From an archaeon (GTDB lineage: Archaea; Nanobdellota; Nanobdellia; Woesearchaeales; UBA9642): a stretch of DNA of 64,000 nt. The position numbers and the translations under genes are program-made. The stretch lies in assembly GCA_020057295.1 (NCBI GenBank), contig JAGVGF010000006.1, positions 160,001 to 224,000 of the forward strand, written 5' to 3'. Shown here piece after piece: positions 58,371-64,000 of the stretch (position 1 is its first letter; each line of letters starts with the position of its first letter). The notes under the pieces are model-generated. The model ran no database searches and was not told where the DNA came from. It saw only the letters and a program-made list of their open reading frames with translations.

Positions 58371-59281
58371 AATCTAAAGGCATAGCATTTAATAATTTAT
58401 TATTGATACTTTTAGCTATGGCTGCTCTAATATTATTTAGTCTGTTCTTATACAATAAATATGCTGATACAAGAGATATGCTTGCTGTACAGAATTGTAG
58501 AAATAGTATTGCAGCACATTCAGTAGTTGCTAAGGGAACATTTAGTCAGATTTTTACAGATGTAAAATGTCCTACAAGAGATATAACTTTAGGCAAAAGT
58601 CAATTAAAAGATTCTAAAAGAATTATTGCTGAAGATATGCATCGATGCTGGTATGAGTGGGGTCAGGGCAAAGAACAATTGTTCCAAGGTGATGGAATGT
58701 TTTGTCACATCTGTGCCACATACACTTTTGATGAAAAAGGACAAAAAATTGATGGATTTATACACTATCTTGCTAGTACACCAATGTATGTCAAATATCC
58801 TGGTGATACTCTAGGAATAAAATATTTAGATTATATGAATCCATATCATACAGAAAATGCTGAACAAATGATTCAGAAAAGCGATCAGGTTATTACACCG
58901 TACGATTATATTAACACTTCAGCACAATACACTACTGTAATAGTCTATGCTTCAGGAAAAGAACAAATACAGAAATTTCTTGAAGGCGGAACAAGAGCGA
59001 CTGTCGGCACTATAGGAGGTCTAGCATTAATTGCCGGTTCTGCCGGATCAGCATATATTGTTGGTAGTCTATTATTACTTAGCAATCCTGGAGGATGGGT
59101 AGTATTAGGAACAGTCGCATTATTAACTCTAGGCTATGAAGCAGTAGGCCTAGCGACTAATGTTAAAAATCCTGAATGGGTTTCATTTATGGTTTTTAGA
59201 CCATACAATGTCGATGAATTATCAAATCTTGGATGTCAAAAGCTTGAAGCTAACCAAGTATCACACGCACCAAATAAATAA
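58367..59281 (+). CDS. Type IV pilin-like protein, paralog of previous gene, with Gly-rich hydrophobic C-terminal hairpin
   Basis: ATGA overlap with previous stop; KSKG/IAFNNLLLILL; CRNSI; IIAEDMHRCWYEWGQG; FCHICAT; LLLSNPGGWVVLG. Confidence 0.75.
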   Translation: MKSKGIAFNNLLLILLAMAALILFSLFLYNKYADTRDMLAVQNCRNSIAAHSVVAKGTFSQIFTDVKCPTRDITLGKSQLKDSKRIIAEDMHRCWYEWGQGKEQLFQGDGMFCHICATYTFDEKGQKIDGFIHYLASTPMYVKYPGDTLGIKYLDYMNPYHTENAEQMIQKSDQVITPYDYINTSAQYTTVIVYASGKEQIQKFLEGGTRATVGTIGGLALIAGSAGSAYIVGSLLLLSNPGGWVVLGTVALLTLGYEAVGLATNVKNPEWVSFMVFRPYNVDELSNLGCQKLEANQVSHAPNK

Positions 59282-59369
59282 GATATAATAATAACATCGT
59301 AAATATCAATGTTATAAATAATAATAAAAATATATAATGGAAATATTTATATTCAATAAGTACTAGGAA

Positions 59370-59525
59370 ATGATTAAAATGATAAAGTTTCATAAGAAGG
59401 GAGAAGCAGGAGAGGGTGCTGGATTCGGATTAGGAAATTTTGCGCAAATAGCACTTCTCGTAGGAATATTTTTAATAATATTAATTATATCGATAGTAAT
59501 ATACAATAAGATAAGCACTCCTTAG
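59370..59525 (+). CDS. Small pilin-like peptide (48-51 aa), not in supplied ORF track
   Basis: MIKMIKFHKKG/EAGEGAGFGLGNFAQIALLVGIFLIILIISIVIYNKISTP*. Confidence 0.62.
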   Translation: MIKMIKFHKKGEAGEGAGFGLGNFAQIALLVGIFLIILIISIVIYNKISTP

Positions 59526-59560
59526 ATTTTAATCGAACTATAAATTTTAATGTGATTATT

Positions 59561-60142
59561 ATGAACAAAAAAGGTATAACAGCAATACTCCTTGTGGTTA
59601 TAGGATTACTTATTTTATTACTAATAATGGTTGGATGGGGTAAATCATTATATGAAGGTATTGTGTCTTGGAGTAATACTTATGAGAAGCCTAAGTTAAA
59701 TTATGATAATGCGTTCTTATTTAATGCACAGTACGTTAGTATTAATGAAAGTGCAGATTTTAAAGCTAAATGTTCTGGTGGAACAAATAATCAGTATATA
59801 TGTACAAAACCTGTAAAAGTATTATTTTATGTGAACATAAAAAATATCGGTTCTAAGATGCGTGTATTATATCCTAACCCCATAATCGATTCCTGTAAAG
59901 GAAGTAATTGTCAAGAATATGTAAGAGTTGGTGGAAGCAGGTCTTGTGCTGTAACTCCAGGAACAGATATACTATGCGAGGCTGGAGAAAATGAGTTTAA
60001 TACGGCAGGAACATATAGAATTTATCCTGCAGTATTTTGTAAAATTGACGATCCAATCAATGGATGTCAAAAGACAGGGATAAGCAGTCCAATATACTCT
60101 TATAATAAGGATAGCTGGATAGAAATCACTATTCAGCCTTAA
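59561..60142 (+). CDS. Type IV pilin-like protein with C-terminal Ig-like domain
   Basis: MNKKG/ITAILLVVIGLLILLLI; V.IKNIG...G.YRIY...C module shared with 61361..62113. Confidence 0.72.
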   Translation: MNKKGITAILLVVIGLLILLLIMVGWGKSLYEGIVSWSNTYEKPKLNYDNAFLFNAQYVSINESADFKAKCSGGTNNQYICTKPVKVLFYVNIKNIGSKMRVLYPNPIIDSCKGSNCQEYVRVGGSRSCAVTPGTDILCEAGENEFNTAGTYRIYPAVFCKIDDPINGCQKTGISSPIYSYNKDSWIEITIQP

Positions 60143-60227
60143 TATTGAATAAAATCATCAAAAAATTTATAAAGAACATATAACAAGATAGAGTATAAAT
60201 GATTATTTTTATCGCGAGGTGCGTCAT

Positions 60228-60467
60228 ATGAAAAAGCAAGGTGTCGAGTTAAGTATGAATGTTATTATAATTGCAGCTATAGGATTATTAGTTTTAGTCA
60301 TATTAGCAGTACTAGTTATAAATTCTGGAGGTAGATTCCAGGGCGGTACACAATCATGTTCTGTAAAGGGCGGAGTATGTTCAGCTACATGTTCAAATGG
60401 CGAGCTTAGCGGCGGAACATGTGAAGGTAGCAACAGATGTTGTAAGATATTTACACTGAGTCCTTAA
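60228..60467 (+). CDS. Small pilin (candidate major pilin) with beta-defensin-like six-Cys head
   Basis: GAGGTG RBS and upstream TTTATAAA; MKKQG/VELSMNVIIIAAIGLLVLVIL; CSVKGGVCSATCSNGELSGGTCEGSNRCC. Confidence 0.8.
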   Translation: MKKQGVELSMNVIIIAAIGLLVLVILAVLVINSGGRFQGGTQSCSVKGGVCSATCSNGELSGGTCEGSNRCCKIFTLSP

Positions 60468-60510
60468 TTTTTATTTTTTCTTTCTATAAAATTTTAAAGG
60501 TTTAAAAAAA

Positions 60511-60762
60511 ATGTTTAAGTCCAACGGTAAAGGTGTCGAGCTAGCGTTTAACACAATAATTCTTATCGTTATCGGACTACTTGTTCTATTCGTTATAGGA
60601 TTTTTTATAATGCGTGGAGGAATGACATTCAATTCTGGAACATCATGTGAAGGCAATGGCGGAACATGTATACCATTTACTAGCACATGTGGTGAAGATA
60701 AACAATTAGCAGCTTGGAGTTGCGGAAGTAGTCAAAGATGTTGCGTTACAAAAACAATATAA
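60511..60762 (+). CDS. Small pilin with beta-defensin-like six-Cys head; paralog of previous gene
   Basis: GKG/VELAFNTIILIVIGLLVL; CEGNGGTCIPFTSTCGEDKQLAAWSCGSSQRCC. Confidence 0.8.
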   Translation: MFKSNGKGVELAFNTIILIVIGLLVLFVIGFFIMRGGMTFNSGTSCEGNGGTCIPFTSTCGEDKQLAAWSCGSSQRCCVTKTI

Positions 60763-61355
60763 AAAAGAAGGGAATGAGTGATATGGTTCTTGGACTAATT
60801 ATTAGTCTAGCAGCCATAATACTTCTAGTTATTGTTATAACAAATATATCAAAGAGTGCTAATAAAAATGTACAATGCGGTGGGTTAATTAGCGGAACAT
60901 GTGAAAAAACATGTTCTACTGGGAAATTACCAACATTAGATATAGGAGATGCTTGTGCTAACAGAAAAGACGGGTTAACTACTTGCTGTGCTGGTTTAGA
61001 TGTTTCTAAGAGTACAACCAGTAATGATAATACTGGTAATGAATTATGTCAAACTAGAGCAGTTGGTGCTGATTGTAGTACACAACAATATTTTTACAAA
61101 GTGTGTAATGCTACAAAACAGTGCGTATACAAGTGTGAATATTGTGCACAAAATCCTGGTGTAAGTGGATGTGCTGGATTTAAAAGTAATAATGATAAGC
61201 TTGTAACATTCAATAGTCAATTTAGTTGTGGATGTAGCAAAGATCAATGCACAGAGAAATCTAAGACTGGTAAGTGCTTAATTAATACAGTACCTCAAGG
61301 ATTCTTTTGCTCTCCAAACTTGTATTGCTGCGAGGTTCCAAATCCTTCAGGATAA
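60738..61355 (+). CDS. Pilin-like Cys-rich protein with defensin-like motif
   Basis: KKKG/MSDMVLGLIISLAAIILL; C-x7-C-x3-C-x13-C-x9-CC; CEYCAQNP...FSCGC. Confidence 0.75.
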   Translation: MLRYKNNIKKKGMSDMVLGLIISLAAIILLVIVITNISKSANKNVQCGGLISGTCEKTCSTGKLPTLDIGDACANRKDGLTTCCAGLDVSKSTTSNDNTGNELCQTRAVGADCSTQQYFYKVCNATKQCVYKCEYCAQNPGVSGCAGFKSNNDKLVTFNSQFSCGCSKDQCTEKSKTGKCLINTVPQGFFCSPNLYCCEVPNPSG

Positions 61356-61360
61356 ATTTT

Positions 61361-62113
61361 ATGAAAAAATATAATAATCGTGGAGAAGTGAATTGGGTTT
61401 TGGTACTAATAGTTGGTCTTATAGCTGTATTAATAATTGTTTTAATAATTAGATCATGGGGTAAGAGTGCGGATAATAATTTCAAGACATTATCTAACTG
61501 CGGATCATTAACGGGCGGAATGGGATTCTGTAGAGTTGAATGTAAGGAGGGCGAATTAAAGTATCAAAACTTTGGCGGATGTCCTCCTAAAGATGATTCT
61601 GGAGCAACATTCTGCTGTATCAATCCTGATAAGAGTGTAAGTTCTGTTCTACCAGAAGAATTTGGAGGCAGTGATACGTATAATTTTAAGATAAAATATA
61701 TTGGATTCCTATATAATGCAAGTGAAGCTATGCCTACAAATTGTCATTTGATTTCTGGAAGTACTGTTAAGATGCAATGCACAAAAGGAATAGGAATAAC
61801 TTTACCCATACAGATAAATATACAGAATGTTGGTACACAACCGTTAGATGTATACGGTCTTCCAATGGTCACAATTAATGATAATTACAATACTATGACT
61901 ACTCCTGCTAACGGTAATACTTTAACAAAATTAGCAGTAGGAGGGGCTGAAAGTAGTGTAGCTAAAATTGTTATTGAACCTTCTAAGGCTAACGGGTTTT
62001 ATAGAATTTATGGATATGCAAAATGTGAAACCCAAGAATGTAAAAATACCAATCCTAAAGGAGTATTAAGAAAATATGATGATAATGCATATATCGAAGT
62101 CACATTCACATAA
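61361..62113 (+). CDS. Pilin-like protein: defensin-like motif plus Ig-like domain
   Basis: ATG at 61361; NNRG/EVNWVLVLIVGLIAV; C-x9-C-x3-C-x12-C-x10-CC; INIQNVG...GFYRIYGYAKC. Confidence 0.75.
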   Translation: MKKYNNRGEVNWVLVLIVGLIAVLIIVLIIRSWGKSADNNFKTLSNCGSLTGGMGFCRVECKEGELKYQNFGGCPPKDDSGATFCCINPDKSVSSVLPEEFGGSDTYNFKIKYIGFLYNASEAMPTNCHLISGSTVKMQCTKGIGITLPIQINIQNVGTQPLDVYGLPMVTINDNYNTMTTPANGNTLTKLAVGGAESSVAKIVIEPSKANGFYRIYGYAKCETQECKNTNPKGVLRKYDDNAYIEVTFT

Positions 62114-62118
62114 ATCTT

Positions 62119-63684
62119 ATGGTTTCATTAAATAATTCTAGGAAAGGGAACTTAGTATTACAATTTGTAGTTTTATTGATAATAACTTTAATAATGATTT
62201 TTGTGATTTCAGCTTTTGGAGTAAAGATATTTGAAGGATTCTTCCCAAGTACTGATTCTTCAACAACTAAAAGTTTCACAGCACTATATACAGCTATGAA
62301 TACTAAATCGTTAAGCACTAAAAATTATGATTCGGTAAAATTAGGAACATATATTGCAAAGGATCACGGAATATATTTCTTTGATAACAGTGCAACAGGA
62401 TGTATAAGAGGGATAGTTAAAATATCTAGACCTACAGCATGTGATGGAAAAGCGAGCTGTTTGTGTTTACTTAAAGGACCTATAGAACATAGCGGAACGC
62501 CTGCAGATACTGATAAATATGTTAAAGTATGTAAAGATTTTAATCAAACATTCTCGATAAATCAAGATACTTTGAGTTTGTACAATTCTGGATGTGGTAC
62601 ATCTACAACTAATCAGTTCTATAATATTATAATTGCGCATACTGGCGAAAAAACAATGGTTATAATGGAAAGTAATGAGTCCAGTCGTAAATATGACGAT
62701 GAAATGAAAAAATTAACATGCCCTACGATAGCGGATAGTGTATCGCCTTCGTATATATGTTCTGGAAAGAAAGATGGAGAAATACTCACAGGTAAAGAAG
62801 TGTTTGATGCATGTAGTGAATACAACAAGACATGGAATGTATTTGTTGCAGAATGTAAATATGATACTAATAAATATCCTAAACGTTGTGAATTAAATTG
62901 TGAAAAGTGGAAATTTGATTGTGAAACAATGATACCAAATTCCGACACTGGATGTGACGCATATAATCAAGGAGGCATAGTAAGAGTTAATGATCAAGAT
63001 TATAAATATCTTCTGGAAGGAAATTTAAACACTGATAAAAGTTATGGTGAAACAAGTAACTATTTCGCATGTAATTTAGACTTGGAAGCATGTCAAATCA
63101 GTAAAAATGGAAATGGTTGTGAGGCAAAAACGGCCGCAGATATACCTTCTGTAGGAACAGGACAATCGTATATGAAATGTTATGAGAAAGGGCAATCATT
63201 TGACGGTAAAGCTGATGCTAGAAAAGCTGTAAATATTCAGAAAATACAATTATCTGGAAATTCTATTAAAGACGGTTCTTGTAAAAAAATTAATTCTAGC
63301 GAATCTGTAATTATAACAAAGAAAAATTCTGATGTTTTTACAAACTATAACGTTTACAAATGTAAGCCTGGATCTGAAGTATCTTTTGAAACAGTCGTAG
63401 AAAATAAAGCAACATATCCTATGAAACTCAGAGCTTTTACTAAACTTGTACAACTGGATGATAGTGTTCCTGCAGTGAGAATGCCAGCAAGTTCTTTGGG
63501 AGAAGTCACAGATGCAGAGATTGGACAAACTACAATATTACCATCAACTATTACTCTAACAGCGGATTTAGGATGGTATTATTCCATTACACCTTCAGTA
63601 ATAATAGATGGAGAAACAACTCCTATAGATTCTTTATCTAGTACACTAGACACTAGATTTTATATAGAGATTAATGACAAGTAG
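62119..63684 (+). CDS. Pilin-like Cys-rich protein (521 aa) with C-terminal Ig-like domain
   Basis: SRKG/NLVLQFVVLLIITLI; RP.AC.G..CLCL motif; C-terminal beta-rich domain. Confidence 0.72.
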   Translation: MVSLNNSRKGNLVLQFVVLLIITLIMIFVISAFGVKIFEGFFPSTDSSTTKSFTALYTAMNTKSLSTKNYDSVKLGTYIAKDHGIYFFDNSATGCIRGIVKISRPTACDGKASCLCLLKGPIEHSGTPADTDKYVKVCKDFNQTFSINQDTLSLYNSGCGTSTTNQFYNIIIAHTGEKTMVIMESNESSRKYDDEMKKLTCPTIADSVSPSYICSGKKDGEILTGKEVFDACSEYNKTWNVFVAECKYDTNKYPKRCELNCEKWKFDCETMIPNSDTGCDAYNQGGIVRVNDQDYKYLLEGNLNTDKSYGETSNYFACNLDLEACQISKNGNGCEAKTAADIPSVGTGQSYMKCYEKGQSFDGKADARKAVNIQKIQLSGNSIKDGSCKKINSSESVIITKKNSDVFTNYNVYKCKPGSEVSFETVVENKATYPMKLRAFTKLVQLDDSVPAVRMPASSLGEVTDAEIGQTTILPSTITLTADLGWYYSITPSVIIDGETTPIDSLSSTLDTRFYIEINDK

Positions 63685-63738
63685 CATCCACTATTAAAAT
63701 CGATACCTATTTAAACTTTCATTCTATATTTATAGTGT

Positions 63739-64000
63739 ATGTTTAGACGTCTGGGAAAGAAGGGTGATGAGAGTAAATTAATGTTTCTCATGTGGGAAGT
63801 TATTGTGTTAGCAATAGTTGTTATTGCATTGATTGTGGCGGTGAGAAGTGTTGCTAATAATAGTAGTTTCTGGAAGAAGTATTATTCTTATGACCTTGCA
63901 ATGATTACTGAATTGGAGCATACTAATCAGGGCGATTTTATTATTAATTACAAACTTAAAGAATATACAGGCATAGCTAAAAGTTTAGGTTTAGTTAGTG
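63739..64000 (+). CDS. Pilin-like protein, 3' truncated by window end
   Basis: TATTTAAA about 24 nt upstream; MFRRLGKKG/DESKLMFLMWEVIVLAIVVIALIVAV...YYSYDLAM, open to the window end. Confidence 0.7.
   Translation, partial: MFRRLGKKGDESKLMFLMWEVIVLAIVVIALIVAVRSVANNSSFWKKYYSYDLAMITELEHTNQGDFIINYKLKEYTGIAKSLGLVS

Noticed and set aside
54163-64000. Archaellum (fla/arl) operon or provirus
   Set aside because: No archaellin G..TLIVFIA motif, no ArlH/I/J, and no integrase, capsid, terminase or replication genes were recognised.

Overview
AT-rich window from a small-genome archaeon, most consistent with DPANN/Woesearchaeota (inference). Archaeal markers are ABCE1/RLI, archaeal SecY, DUF106/EMC3, L34e, L14e, a translin-family protein, TATA-box promoters and class III signal peptides. 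1-15.5 kb is housekeeping and includes bacterial-type genes (pyruvate dehydrogenase E2/E3, Pta, GAD-domain AspRS). The rest is mostly cell-surface machinery. 15.5-30.5 kb (minus strand) is an alternating A-B-A'-B' array of two large Cys-rich secreted proteins (2093 and 1287 aa) and two proteins ending in an FCB/Ignavibacteria-type T9SS C-terminal sorting-like domain, the latter each with its own archaeal TATA box. After a reduced secY-DUF106-L34e-L14e block, 33.9-64 kb (plus strand) is a co-oriented locus with a 5637-aa membrane-anchored repeat protein and about 15 type IV pilin-like proteins. Five small or medium ORFs there (four of them pilin-like) carry a six-Cys motif with beta-defensin-like spacing. 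This pilin/defensin-like/giant-adhesin locus, a possible host-contact apparatus, is the best candidate for an undescribed system. No rRNA, tRNA, CRISPR array, transposase or integrase was recognised. All family calls come from reading motifs by eye; no searches were run.
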